A stretch of 51,315 bases of DNA, taken from Paraglomus brasilianum (Eukaryota). The DNA is taken from NCBI GenBank assembly GCA_910592345.1, contig CAJVPI010000123.1, positions 1 through 51,315 on the forward strand. The letters run 5' to 3'. Positions 14,771-28,864 of the stretch are shown piece by piece; position 1 is the stretch's first letter; every line of letters starts with the position of its first letter. The notes beneath the pieces are model-generated. The model was not told the origin of the DNA, ran no database searches, and saw only the letters and a list, made by a program, of their open reading frames with translations. The position numbers were made by a program, and so were the translations under genes.

Positions 14771-15516
14771 ATATTTCTATCACATTGCATTTCAGTAGGT
14801 ATATTGTCATGCTTACCAGACGTTAGGAAGCCTCTAAGGTAAACAACTTTCGCTTCATTACTCTTGCAGGTAGGAAGGCACTCAACGGCCTTAATTTTTT
14901 GTGTCGGGTTCTTGGAAAGTATAGATGAAGTGAAGTTTGTCCATCTTCAGTGAGTTCAAGATTAGCAATTCCTCATAGAGATTCATATTACATTTATCTT
15001 TGTTAAAAAAGGAAGGAAAGAATATAAGAGTTAAAACAGGTAAAAGGCGTTCCTTCTATTCCAAGGCAGATCTACGTACAAGTACGTAACCCATTTCGGA
15101 AATCAAAGTTTACAAAATTGGAAGTACAATATTTTACTAAATGCCGTTAAAGTAAAATTTAAAATGCAAGCTAGTTGTTTTATAGAATCACACTGCCATA
15201 TAGCAAGCGCGTAAGAGTCCTCTACATTTTGCACGGAAACGTTTATCTTGCAATGAATTGAAGTTATCTTACTGTAAGTAAGGGATATATTGTATGTATT
15301 CATTCTTTCTGTCTTGTTGAAATGAACATCTGATTCGCTAGATTAAATGGCTCTTTATTGATTCATAATCTCAGAGTAAAATAACGATGTATTTAGTTAA
15401 ATAGTTAAAATATTTGCAATGACAAAACATTCTATATTGTCAAGTTAAACCGATTAAGTTGTAGTCTATTTTAATTTAAATAAATACAACAACTGTTTAG
15501 TGAAGTTTCGTTCGGA

Positions 15517-17644
15517 TCAGGCGCCATAAAATACCTGATGAAGAGAAGCGTTATCGAAAAACATGTCCGTTGGATCGTACTTTTTGCGAACCACCTCGAA
15601 TCTTTGGATTTTACTTTTCAGCTTATCATTAAGGTAGGTTTTAATGTTTGGAATATCTTCCCAGGATTTGGCCCAATGAGGTCTAAATTCATAAGTAAAA
15701 TTTGGTGTAAGCATTTGTATAGTAACTGTCATATCACTTCAATAGTATATGGAATAGGTCATGTCACCTTGCGTTGTATAATTTCATCCACCGTGTACCA
15801 AGCTCGTTAGCAAACTGTTCATAGTTTGGCGTCCCCGTAATAGAAAGAACCTCAATGAAGAGATAATAGGCGTCGGGATCATCATCATATGCGTTTGACA
15901 GGAGAGCCTTTGAACTTTTAAGAATTCGGAACTCGGCGGTTATGTTAACGGGAAATTTTCCTTGTTTTTGGTAATCATCAATCTATTTACAGAATAACGC
16001 GTGTTAACATTCACATCAATTATCCCTTGGGAATTAGAATAATGCATACGTACTCTCTTAATAATGTAGTGTAATTCGGTGATGACATTTGTAAAGTCTT
16101 TGTCAATTTTGATAGCAAATTCCGTATCAAGGCAAGGAATGCTATCAATGCCGGCCTGGTAATGAATCGCATCCGGTGCTAGCCACACATTATTACGTTC
16201 TACCAGCCTAACCTTCCCGCCAGTGTAAGAAATCAAAGGCGTACGTTCCGGATGTGTTAAAAGCTGTTGGTAAACTGCGTCGGCGATGGCCGTAGAAACT
16301 TTTTGGGCTTGGCGATACAATGCGGTCGCAAGTGGGTCGAAAGTGACTTCATCATTAGTAGTTTCCCATACTTTTACCCATAGTTTATCTTTCGAAGGGT
16401 CCCTCTTTCCTGTCGCTATATAAAAATAAAAGCAAATTAAATTTAGCAAGAGATACGATTGTGTGCTCGAGTAAAAAATAACTTCATGAACATACGTGAG
16501 GAATTAAATGGCCAATAAAATACTTCAATTCCATTGGAATTTTTTACAAGAGTTTCAAGATCTTTGTTGGTAAACGCCGACACCAATGGGAACGTGTCTT
16601 TCATTCGAAGTTTGAACATTGGTTTAACACGGAAAGACACTTTGTAAATAACGCCCAACAGCCCTGTAGAAACAGTGAATAAGGTTATATACTATTCATT
16701 ACTATATAAGTTTCACGCTTGCAGTAATACTTACCTAAATTGACACGCGCTGCACTCATCTCATCTGGATTGTTAGGGTCATCCTCAAACTTATGTACTT
16801 CGCCCGAACTAGTTACTATTTCCAAGCCAACGATCTGTTCAGCAAACGTTCTTGCTTCTGTTGTCGCACCATGACATCCAGGTGCGATAGCCCCGCCAAT
16901 CCTGATACTTGTAAGAACAGTCATGGAATCGATTGCTAACGGTGGATTGTGCTCTCTGAGATAGTTGTCAATTTTCGAAATCGGCGCCCCTAATCCGAAT
17001 AATTTATATTAGTCGAAAGCGGCAGTATGTCTGACATTCATAAACGAAAACACATCCATTTCTTTTATTTTAATAGAAAGCTTACCAGCCTCCGCATGGA
17101 GCACCCAGTCTCCATTCGATTGTTGTTCTACATTTACTTCTGTCATATCATCCATTACCAACAAACAGTTCTGTGTCACCGAGAGCGTGCTCCAGCTATG
17201 GCCTTCAGCAATACATCGGACTTTTAGGTTCTCTCTTTTTGCTATTTTTATGGAGGCAATCAGTTGGTTGAGATTCTCTGGACGAAAAGTATACTTTGGC
17301 GTAAAGCTAATAGTCTCTGCCCAATTCGTCCTTGTTTCTTGAATAGCCGGAATTGGATCTCCAGTATCTCTAGTAGGTTCAACTGACGCTTGAGTTTCTG
17401 GAGAGTTGAGATATCGTCTAACACCTCTGACGATAGACTGTTTGTTGTCGTGAAGAGTGCCAAAGATTACTTGTTCCAAGTTTTCGTTGATAACGGTATC
17501 CATGATGAATGAGTCGTTATTGAGGATTCTGGAAGATGAACGGCCATCTTTTATAGACGAAATGATCCTACACCAAACATTGGGCCGGATAATCGTTAAG
17601 CCACAACAATTGGTGGAGCGATGATTTGTTGGAGTATCACCCAT
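15517..17644 (-). CDS. FAD-linked oxidase, D-arabinono-1,4-lactone / L-gulonolactone oxidase family, multi-exon
   Basis: NWAETISFTP and GHSWS (covalent FAD His motif), IGGAIAPGCHG, IVGLEIVTSSGEV, AARVNLG|LLGVIYKVSF, C-terminal RPHWAK...RKKYDPTDMF. Start codon uncertain (17644 or the downstream MDTVINE). Confidence 0.88.
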
Positions 17645-20600
17645 TGAAAAGCGAACGGTTAGAATGTACTACGGCTGACACAGCCCTCATGAGGTGGGGG
17701 AACAGCACAGCCTTCTTTTTATCAGAGTGGGGTAAATAATTGAATTGCCTCATAATAAGAGCCTTTGTCTTATTATCCGTAACACAACTAGCTGATTTCA
17801 ATTTAGCATGTTTGGTAAGCTTATTATATTTCGTATACTTCTGAAGAGCTACGTACTTGTTTGGCAAACAATTTAATTATTCGTCTGACCAAAAACTTCA
17901 ACGGGAACGAAAAATAATTCAAAGACAGTTCGCTTATATTATCCAACCAGGCCCATGAGAAAGACACACCAACCCTAACCGGAGAACGGATTCATGGGGA
18001 CAGGTGACAATAACAACAGGAATATGCGGGCGGGTTGACTTCGCTTGTATTACACAAATATAGTGATGTTGACGTCTATGGTATGAAAATGGATCTTTCT
18101 TTGCCTCTCTTCATAAAGAAAGTCGAGAGTAACTTTAATTTTGATCGGCAAGAAGATAGTCATTGTAATTGTCATAACGATGTTTGTAATACAGACAATC
18201 AATTATTACAACCAATAGGTTTTATTAACCTGAGCTGACATTGATAGTAATAATAATTATTATGTGATTATCGATAGTGCTAATAATGCTTCCATTAATT
18301 GTGAATTACAAAGTTGAGCTTGAGAAATACTTTTGCATTGGGTTATTCGAATGGATAGAAAATTTATTTAACAGCTTGTTCTCTCACAGACATTATTAAT
18401 CGCATCGTATTAATGTTAAATTATTAATCAATTAGTTAAGTTTGGTGGCAGTATCGCTTTCCGTTTTAGTAATCGATTGGCGGGTTGTTTGTTGTACACA
18501 TGCACAGATTGTCTTCTGTGGTGATCCCCGAAACGCATACTACGCTATATGAGTTCACAAAACAATACTTGCAAATAATCAATAACGAAGCAACATATAG
18601 AAACACTATACGGTGATGCTCCAATTTACAATCATAACTATTCTTCAAACTAAAAGACAGGGCTTTTGTCGCTGCCCATTCTATAAGCGTAAATATTGAT
18701 TCTGTTGTCTTTTGTTAAACACAGCCTCTAAGCTGCTTGTACTAATCAGTTGAACATGTAACATTGCATGTCTATTTACAATTACCATAACGGTTTGCTT
18801 GAAATAAAGATGGCGTGCGAATGTTCTAAAGAGTGCATTGTTGTGTCAACTAACAAAAGTTACCAAAGATGTCAATTTTGTTCTTCTGACGCCACACACC
18901 ACATATATGATTTTGGAAAATCCATATTTAGCTTGTGTTTGGGAAAATAAGTCTTTTCAGGGGCGGAAAATCAAATGTTTGGGCGGCAAAATAGTCGACA
19001 GTCTTGTGATTTAAGCCACACAGCCTTCGTTGAATGTTTACACTGATACAAACGAATCCAAGACAATTTTGTGACCAACTGAATGTGTAGATTATCATAA
19101 TTAACAACAAGCATGCATGCTCTGTCATTCAATAAAATGCTTGCTGCCTCCTAACATCACGTCAACTTTGTTTATTACATTAAATCTTATCCTCCAAATC
19201 GAAACGTGTCTTGCCCAATTTCAGAAGGAAGAAAGTAAGACTTTTAGTTGCAAATCCAACTTGTGATAATGCTTCTTTATGTTTCAAATACACAGAACTT
19301 AGTCATGGCTTTGCAAAAGCACATCGTTAAACTAATGAGACATGGATTGTAAATGTCATCCGATTGCTTCTAAGCCGTCCGTACTCATATCCGATATTGA
19401 TTCCGTTAAAGCTTTTTCTAGAGTTAAACTTAGACATGACTGGAGAAAACAAAACACAAAACAGGAACTCTTTCGACTTACCTCTATGTCGTTTATGATG
19501 AATAATTCTTTTATACCAACGAGGAGTTTTCCAGTTTAAACAACCTTGATGGGTACTTGGGCCATCTAACATTAAAGCAACTATTGGAATAGAGATAGAG
19601 TATTTTTTTAAATCTTCTTAACTTTGCCGCGCTCTATAAAATTCTTACTTAATTAACATTTGTTATCTAACATTTATCGATAGCAGTAGTTTAGTAGTAG
19701 AGACAGAAGAAGTTAAGTGTCGATCGCTCTTACCAAACAAATAGTTGATGAAATGTCCTTCGATTCGCTCTGTTATGTAGACGATTACTATCTAATTATT
19801 GGTCGCATAGAACAGCTTATCCTGCTGTAGAAATAGTGATATTTAGGAATTCCCAGTAATGTGCCAGTAATCTTTAGCGATCAAAGGCTGGCAAGAGCAC
19901 AGAAGGCTGCAGAACATAAAATTGTATCTATTGATTTTACACAGCAAAAAATTGTTATACAGATCAAAATTAGGAAATCCATAAAGGGTTAACTTCAGTA
20001 TTTAATTATTATTAAGTAAAGACGTTCATCAACTTCAACCATATATGTAAACCCGTTGAAAATAATTAGACCATAAAACTTGCTAAACTTTTAAATTTTT
20101 GCTGGTGCGAGCCAGGATCTGTCATAGTTGAATTGCTATTGCTAAAAGTTTTGCTAAACGTTTGTTTGTTCATTCTAGACAAGTAAAAAAAGTTGTATAA
20201 ATAAACTTCAGCTGCTTTTAGTTGGAATTCAACATGGTAATAGTTTTAAAAGAAATATGTCCATATTATCAAATTATCGGTGTTTAGAATGTGGGTAAAG
20301 CATCATCAGCAGAAGCATAAATTATTTGAGCTAACCGTTAACTAGAGCAGACATGAGTAGTATCTTGAAATTGCAAACAGACAGAAATAAATATACAGGG
20401 TATTCTATAAATCTGTACGCGTAATGGGTTAAATATGAGCGTTGCTTCATTATGGGCCTATTTGATTAGCGATTTTACGAATCTACGAATCATAGTTGTA
20501 TTGGCCGCGACAAACTCGATAACCACGTGTCCAGACGAATATTTCCGACTTTTCGACTCTACGTATACCTTCTAAGATTCAGGGAATCATAACCCAACGA

Positions 20601-20928
20601 GTGTAAGGCTGTTAGCATTACGCTTGGTGTCACGTCGAACTTTTTATTCCTATTCTTAGTTCAGTCTTGAGGTATTAATCCTTCACAAGATGTCGAGCAT
20701 AACCTTGTTACGACAGATCACAAGTAATCATAAGATTAATCATTGTCCTAGGCTAGCAATATCCCTGGATAATATCGGAGTTAGCTTCCGGTTCAGTGAA
20801 TTATTCAACAATATAACACTCAATAAATTGGTAAACAAAGTTAATGGTCGAATATCTCGTGAGAGAAATTCCCAATCACCCAGATAAATGTTATCCATAG
20901 TCAGAGTTGGTAACGTGTGTGAGATAAC

Positions 20929-21039
20929 CATGTTGTGTCTGAGTTGAGAATCTGTCTCAATTCAGAACCCAGTCACTCAGTCCAGAACTCAGTTGCCTCG
21001 ATCCAGAACCGAGACAAGTCCCAACTGAGGTACAACATG
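20929..21039. mobile_element. Small MITE-like inverted-repeat element (~110 bp)
   Basis: Left CATGTTGTGTCTGAGTTGAGAATCTGTCTC vs reverse complement of right end CATGTTGTACCTCAGTTGGGACTTGTCTC; internal CAGAAC repeats. Confidence 0.55.
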
Positions 21040-21830
21040 TTGCTGTTTCAACGGTGGTAAAGCATATTCAATATTTGAGAACAACTCTTCAGCTTAACAA
21101 TTAATATAATAACGGCTTATTGTGTGTGTGCAAATGCCTTTATAATAGTTTTATATTTATGGGTAATAAGTTACACTTTACTTTTCTAAATATAAAAAAC
21201 AGTAAAATCATTATATGCTTATTAATTTACTTGGATTTCAATGTTACATCTACTATTACTGTTTAGGTTTCTTGCAAGATTAAGGCAAAGATTATTAATA
21301 ATGAGATATGTTATAGACATATTGTATTATGTATCACAATCACACAAATTACATCAAGCAGGAACCTGCCAGCAGACCGTTGAAAATTTCTTTCAAGTAT
21401 TTGAAGTTATCAGCATTTTAGATACAAAATTTGTGACAATTCTTTTTTTTATGCATAGCCTTGTGTTGTGTAAGTAATAGATAAAGATTAAATATATTAG
21501 TAAATGAATACACATGACTACATAAGAGGAATAATTGAGAAAATTCAATACCATAGTGTAAATAATGCAAAATTATATAGGAGTATATTCAAAAATACGT
21601 GGCTATAATAATAAAACATGGCTTGCTTCATATGACTGGAATATAATAGTTAGCAAATAACACAAAATATTAGGATAATGTTTATTAGTAGAAAATGTAA
21701 GTTATTTCATACAAGTCTTTTTTTTTAAAAAAAAAGAAGAAGCATAGTTAGACTTCATTAAAACGGGAATTGATACCAGGCATAAATAAAATTTAATGTT
21801 TAATAATAATTAACATTAAACTAAAATGTA

Positions 21831-22908
21831 CAGTGTGTCAAAAAAATTGTATACGTCACTAAAACGCGTCTAGCATGCCCAATTTAGAACCAATTTGCAA
21901 CACGTTTAATTCAAAATAAACACAAAGATTTAGGCATCAATTTAAACTCTTTTTTTTTCATTGCATCCATACATAACTTTTTCATTATTACACGATGTCT
22001 GCTACCAAGAAAGAATTGCAATGTAAAACTTTATTATATTTGTGGAACAAGGGAGTGTGCAATGCTCACAAGTTACATGCACACACAAGCATACCACTCT
22101 CAACAATATATGACAATATAAATAAGCAAGAACTAAGCATGCTGGTGGTAATGGTCTCCCGAGAAAAATCACTGGAAATGCCTTGAAAGCACTCGGGCAA
22201 TACATCCAGCGAGACACTTCCTTGTCAATACAAACTGGCAAAAAGTTGTTGATGCAACAATTGCCAACCATCTAAATGACTTTGGATATAAAAAAACCTC
22301 CCAAGAGCCATGCCTATGCTAACTAGCGCCACAAGCAAAAAAGTGCTCAAAAGCATCTTAACATCGGACTGTATTCTCAGATGAGACAGCATTCCAACTC
22401 TTTCAGAACATTGTAGAGCATTGGCATAAAGGTGTACAGCCAGTTCGTCATGTGCTGAAAGATCAAACAAAAATCATGGCATGGGGGTAGATTTTGCATA
22501 AATGGGAAACCGAATTTGGTTTGCTTTTAACAAATCATAGATGCCAGATTTTATGTCAAAATTTTACAGCAACTTTTCCCAGAAATTGCCCAAGTTTCAG
22601 CAAGACAATGACCCCAAGTATAGTAGTCGTCTTGCTAAAGCCTTTCTTGGTGGGAATACTCCAGAAATCATGAACTGGCCATCTAATAGTCCTGACTTGA
22701 AAACGCGCCATTATGAAAGGTAATAGAGAAATGAATGCCTCAAAATATCAGTGAACTGGGCAGTTATGGTGGAGAGAGAATCTCTTATTATTGCTGTTAA
22801 TAAAAACTGTTGGTTTTCAGCTTTTAAATAAGCCATAAATCATGTAATTTGGTCCATTCATTGTGACACAGTGAATGAAAAACTTATTCCAGTTTTTTTT
22901 ACACACTG
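21831..22908 (+). mobile_element. Degenerate Tc1/mariner transposon with TIRs and TA target duplication
   Basis: TA|CAGTGTGTCAAAAAAATTG...CAGTTTTTTTTACACACTG|TA; internal HTH (LHAHTSIPLSTIYDNI), FSDE-like ttctcagatgag, FQQDNDPKY and WPSNSPDL motifs, broken by frameshifts and stops. Confidence 0.88.
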
Positions 22909-23617
22909 TATATACACTAGATTATATAGTCGTAATAGATGTGGATTATATGTTGTTTTCATAGCTCTATTCTTGATATTTTTAAAATCCATTGTTTTGT
23001 CAAATAGTTGGAAAGAGGCATATTTTCTATGTTGTTTGTTGAGTTTATATACCTGATGGATACAAGTAGAATATTTGGGTATTCTTAGTACTTTTGTTGT
23101 TTATAAATGCAGAGATTGGTACCAAATTACAATACAAGCAATTCCAAAGTCTTTACTGTGTCTCCACTTGAATCTCTCCAACAAAATATTTGGAGCTATT
23201 GTCTCATAACCGTATGTAATGAACAAGTAACTATTTTATATAGACTATTGCAACGACAACTGTTTAATATCCGTGATGAAGATTTGCAGTTTTAAAGCAT
23301 GCATGATGTTTACAAAGCAATTGTATTCACTTTTATTTTTGTAAATCGATAAAGACAGGTTTCTCACAAACCGTCATTATTCTAGACACCTTGTTTTGCA
23401 CAAGCAAATATAGACAAGGGAGAAAAACTAAAGAGTAAACTAGAAAGGTATGTTCCTCGTACATGCAAGATATTTCAGTTTCGAAAGATAGACCTAAAGG
23501 GAGGAAAATGACAAAACAAAAGGTTATCATCAAGTAAATCTATCATCACCTGGTTATTCTTTCGCGAGGAAAGCCATACAGCGAATAAAATGCATAATAA
23601 ACGTATAACTCACCTAT

Positions 23618-24142
23618 TTACACCTCCCTTTCATAACCGTTTAAACTCTTCTCGTTAGCCGAAAATACTATGGTACCACTTCTTTCCGCCTTGCCAGCAC
23701 GTCCTTTTTTAGGATGTTTGTTTCTAATTGGCTGGTATTTGTAATTCGGATATTTAACAGCGTGTTGCATCTTGACGACTTCATACAAAGCGTGCCAAAA
23801 ATTTTTCTTTTCTTGTGGTAGATCTCGCCAGCTATCTGCTGCAACGCGAGAGGATTCCGCTACCGATAACCCATGTCCTTCTCGGCTAAATTTAGCCCTA
23901 ATATCCTTTCGAAATAGCATAAAGCAGTTTTGTGGTCGGGGAACTCCCTTTGCTCGCTTTTTCTCCGCGGGATCGAGAAGTTCCTTAAGAGACAAGGTAG
24001 TATGGACGTTGGGATATACTCGACGGACTTCTTCTATGACTTCTTCTATCATTTGGCCAAATTGTTCGGCCTCAGATACTGGCGGTTGGCCATTGGCGTT
24101 CGTAGTCGGGATGATAGACATTTTGCTATGTTGTGTTGTCAA
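23618..24142 (-). CDS. MATA-type HMG-box transcription factor
   Basis: PRPQNCFMLFRKD...SRVAADSWRDLPQEKKNFW...HAVKYPNYKYQP is a canonical HMG box; single exon. The ORF-track start is a TTG; the likely ATG is MSIIPT a few codons downstream. Confidence 0.9.
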   Translation of the reverse strand: MTTQHSKMSIIPTTNANGQPPVSEAEQFGQMIEEVIEEVRRVYPNVHTTLSLKELLDPAEKKRAKGVPRPQNCFMLFRKDIRAKFSREGHGLSVAESSRVAADSWRDLPQEKKNFWHALYEVVKMQHAVKYPNYKYQPIRNKHPKKGRAGKAERSGTIVFSANEKSLNGYEREV

Positions 24143-26968
24143 AAGGGTAGGGATATACGTTTATGATTTATGGTTTATAATGAAAGTTTTGAAGTGGCTT
24201 AATTGCAAATCACACCTCATCATCCGCATTTATATTTTCGCAGGTGGGTATAAGATGAATAGACTTGGACGGAACATGATTGGACTGAACCTTGTTAGGA
24301 GGTATATTAAACTCTATTGTCTTTCTCTTGTTGGCAAACCTTGTTGATGGAAAAGGGAATGAGTTGCTTTTTGATAATTATCAGTAGAATAATAATTAAT
24401 ATATACGATGCAATAACATTTGATGTGATGCTGCGGATTAGTGGAATAGGTCGAGATCAGATGGATAATGATACATTATACTTATATGGATTGGGGAAGA
24501 ATGGGATATTCTGGTAAAGGTTAAAATGGTTATATCACTTGCCCCAACGTTTATTAGAAAGGAGGCTATTATTATACATTAAATAAATAAGTTAGGGTCG
24601 ATAATGAAGAATGAATGGAATCTAATATGGATGAAATGGGGATATAATGCAGGCGTACGATAAGGGTATAGTGAGGGTCGCATGCGAAAGAACGCCGCAC
24701 ATATTGCTGAACAGAGATATCATACGATTATCATATTGTTTGTCCGTAAACAATGCAAAGATGGAAGTGGTTTGAGAATATTATATTATTATTATTATGC
24801 ATATATATGCATACTACTATATCAATCCATTTCCCGTCTTTTTCAACGATTTACCGTCGTGGTATAAATCCTTTGTTTCTATTATATTGAGGCTTTTTAT
24901 TTAGCCTTACATATTAATATTTCAACATAATAACCCAACTGGCAAAAAACCGAAAACCTCTTCCTAACGTCCCGACTTCTTTCTGCTGCGTTATTCAAGC
25001 ATCTATTTAGATAAATAGACATTATCTTTCATATCAGTTATAGCCGTATTAGCCAAAACGCACTGCCCAACAGAATATTTCAACAGGTTTGCAAACTCGT
25101 TTAGTTTTGTTGCACACGGAAGGCTGCAAAATCTTTTATTTCCATTCATTATTCAGTCATTCACTTATCTATCGAATCGCACTGCCACAATGCAACAGAC
25201 TTATTTTCAATCCTTAGAGTCAGCAATATATTTCAAATATGGATTCAATGCGACAATTAATTGCACAAACAGATTATTCTTTGTTTATTTTCTCATTGTC
25301 GGCTTGTGCTGTGTGCTACCAAAATGGCTATTGAAGAAAGGACCAACGTTTACACAAAGATGTATTATATTATACAAGTAAAGAGAATGATAAGTTGCGG
25401 CGTAAACGACTAAACAACCAACTGGGAACCGTACATCTCTTCGCATAAGATACCGTCACTATTATTATATACTAATCATTTTGACATCCCAATCTATGTT
25501 CCTCAACAGACTGAAGCACATTTCTATAAACAAGTTGACAACGCTAAGTTGAAGGGATAGAGCTTGATATTAATCTCGATGTGGAAGGAAGGTACTTGGA
25601 GAATTGGGGTGGGCCCAAAACTAAGTAATATAATTAATACAATAGCGGCTCCACTGCGCTTACAAACTGTTCTCATTTCACTGCTGGCCGACTCTAGAAA
25701 AGAATAACAAAAGCCTCACTCGTTCTATTATATTTCAATCAACATCGTTTAACGGAACCATTCTTCTTTTCTCACAGCAAGTTTAATGTCAGTTATGTGG
25801 ATAATAAAGTTATGCGTATTTTCTATGGGAATGTATCATTCAATTAAAGGTACAAACTCGTCAGTCAAAATACATCTTGACTCTCACAGAGGTGACGATT
25901 CAGATAAGTTGATCCCCCAATCGTTCCAATTAATATAGGCAACTCTTTGCAGCATCTGTTATGATGGTATGCATCTTTCATTGACAATGAGAATTGTACA
26001 GGCTTATCTATAAAAAGATAACCAATGGCATGAATAAAATAAGAAAATTATGTTAGATATTCATGTGCTTCTTTATAACAAATAACAGCATGCATGCCTT
26101 ACGTATGCCTTCTGGAATGGCGTATTCTCCCCGTATGCTAGCGCCATGGGTCTATGCAGAGTTGAGTATTACATTAAGCAGAACATACAGCCTGCCCGCA
26201 AATCGTCTAACTGTCAATACCGATACATTATACACATAGTAATGATTGTAAACAATAATCACCAGAAAGTCCGCTTCTTTTGTATTCCTCATCGCACTCC
26301 CTCAATTTGGTTTGTTTTTTTTTTTACAGAAACAATATATGTGTATACGCTGCACATAGTCAACAAACACATTAGGATCCACGTAATAATAAGAATGAGC
26401 TATCAATTAATTAAACCATATCCAGCCAACACATGCATACTTTAGTCATGTGTGTTAGACCTCACGTGTTCATGCATCATTTCCCATTATCTTTGATTTC
26501 TTCTTATTCTCCTGGAATTACATCATTTTCTGATGGTACAAATAATCTTTTCTCAGAAATTGTCTTCAACTCATATCTAAATTCAATCTCAGTTCAAATC
26601 CTGTGCAGTCAAGCCCTGTCTATATAGTCCCTTTGTCAATAGTCACAGTTGCACCCCTATTACTATGCCAGTTTCTTAGTGGACATAAGAAATTTACCCT
26701 GGCTATAGTAATAGTTACAATCTGTCTATATATAGTCAATCTTGCTAAACAGTGTGATTATCTCTTAAACTGTAAAGCAGGCAGATTTGCCTACCCAACC
26801 CATACCCCTTTCTAATTACTAAGCAATGAAAGTGTACTATCATGTGGAGCATTCCATGATTAAATAGTAATCTCAATTTCTAGTTGAAGAGTATTAGTAT
26901 ATTGTCTCCTTTTGAAAACAAATGAGTATACCATATGGCATCTTGCCAATATTTTGTAGATTATCTGA

Positions 26969-27001
26969 GAAGAAGAAGAAGAAGAAGAAGAAGAAGAAGA
27001 A
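26969..27001 (+). repeat. (GAA)11 microsatellite
   Basis: Perfect GAA tandem read directly. Confidence 0.95.
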
Positions 27002-28712
27002 GAGAAAACGATGCTGAGAGTATTAATAAGACTAGATACAGACTACCATTACCTCCTAAGTTTGAACAACTCATTCATTCAAGGTCCCTTTATTAATTTG
27101 CCACGTCAATTGTAAAACTCAAATCAAAGTCAGACTATTAACAAAATCATAGTTTATGAAGTCCATCAACACAACTTGTTTGGGTTTTGGCTTCACTATA
27201 AAAATAAGAGGTAATTTTTTTGGCAAAGTTTTGTTTGGATTCATTGGTAGGTCTACAAAGTTTTTCATGAAGTGTTCTAATTGGTCCCTGTGAAAATTAA
27301 ATAACCATTTTTGTCAATTTTTTTCCAACTAACATGACTTTAGTAATTTAAAGGAATTTCCTATATTTATGTTGTAAAGTCAAGAATTACCTTACATGCA
27401 ATGGATGCTGACTGATTTAAAATTCAAGTTCACTGTAATTGAGAAAGCACAAGGTATTAGTATGGATGTCCTAATTGAAACATATACATTCTATGTCCCA
27501 GCTTTTCTCTACTCTCTTATCTTTTTCAATAAGTACAACTTTATTGCTGACTCTCTTATCTTTTTCACATTAATTCTTTTTACTTTCTCATATCATATTA
27601 TTAGTTTTAGTATTACTTCACTTTTACTTCCCTAATAATATTCTATAAGATTGTAAATCTAGTTTCAAACAATCTCTTGCTCACATTACAGCTAATTATG
27701 ACCTTTATATGAGGCCATCACTTTTTCTGCACAACTCTGATAATGACAAGAGGCCTTTAGGATTAGTGCTGTCAATCTCACCTATATCAATATCCATTGA
27801 GATATATCAGCTGCACAAGCTGCCATGGCATCTGCAGCTGTACACCAGAGTCGCTTGGCAGTTGTGCATGTTGAAAAAAATTAGCTCGATTAGATATGTG
27901 TCTCAAACATAATTATGGCATGTACATGGGGGATGACATTCTCTCTACAAAGAAAACGCCTCTTTTTTGTTTTACAAACACGATGGATAGTCAATTTTAT
28001 GCTAATATTTACAAAGCAGCTTTTACCTGCAACCTAGAATATGCAGTTTACAAGAAATAAAGACTGTAACACTAAGCATACTTCCTGAATTACCAAAAAT
28101 TTTGGTTTAGACCGTGAGTGTACGCCTGATTGGATGGTCACTAGCTGTTGAATTGTATTTAGCTAAGTAGGAAAGCTACAGCTCCGATTGAAAGAAACTA
28201 AATCCCAAGGTTAATAGTCAGTGACCGTTAACTCGACACTATACAAATCATTTAGTTTAACATTTTTATTCTCTTTTTTCTGAGTTCATGTTGAAGAGCT
28301 GATGGCATGTTTTAATTATATTGATTATGGTCCTGGCGAAGCAAGTTAAAATACATGCATGCAAGCATTTATTACACATTTAATTAACATAGGATATAGT
28401 AGATTAATATACACTTAGAAAGTTGAAACAAGTTTAATAAAGTGTTTATAATTTGGTTGTAACTAGCTACATAGCTTACATAAAAAGAACAACCATGTTT
28501 ACAAATATTAGATGATACTTTTATTCCAGTAAACGTTAGTCTGTTATGCAACAGAAGTCAAAAAACTTTTGCGCACACTGCTTTGTAAAGTAAACATGTG
28601 AATTATAATGAATAAACATAGAACAAGTATTATAAATACAAGAGTGTGTTTCGGTGTATTGATATAATAAATTCGACGCGTCGTTCTCAGTAAATTTGAG
28701 TCTATTTTATTC

Positions 28713-28864
28713 GGGAGGCATTTGTTTCATCGACAATCATTTCACCGTCAGTACACTTCACCGACAGTCATTTCACGTGACACATTGTTTATCGCACTTA
28801 TCATTGGTTTTCGATGAGATTTATGTCGTGAAGTGTACTGTTGTCGATGAAATGAACCGGACCC
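28713..28864. mobile_element. 152 bp MITE with GGG...CCC termini and 8-9 bp target site duplication (MULE- or Merlin-like)
   Basis: TTTTATTC at 28705-28712 and 28865-28872; inverted blocks TTTCATCGACAA and CAGTACACTTCAC at both ends; internal CATTTCAC repeats. Confidence 0.75.

Noticed and set aside
18800..19620. Coding-like fragments on the minus strand
   Set aside because: Multiple stops and no family could be assigned by eye.
23618..24142. Mucorales-type sex locus
   Set aside because: No flanking triose-phosphate transporter or RNA helicase gene, and no homeodomain genes in the window.
23772..24347. 191 aa plus-strand ORF
   Set aside because: Antisense to the HMG-box gene, with no recognisable motifs.
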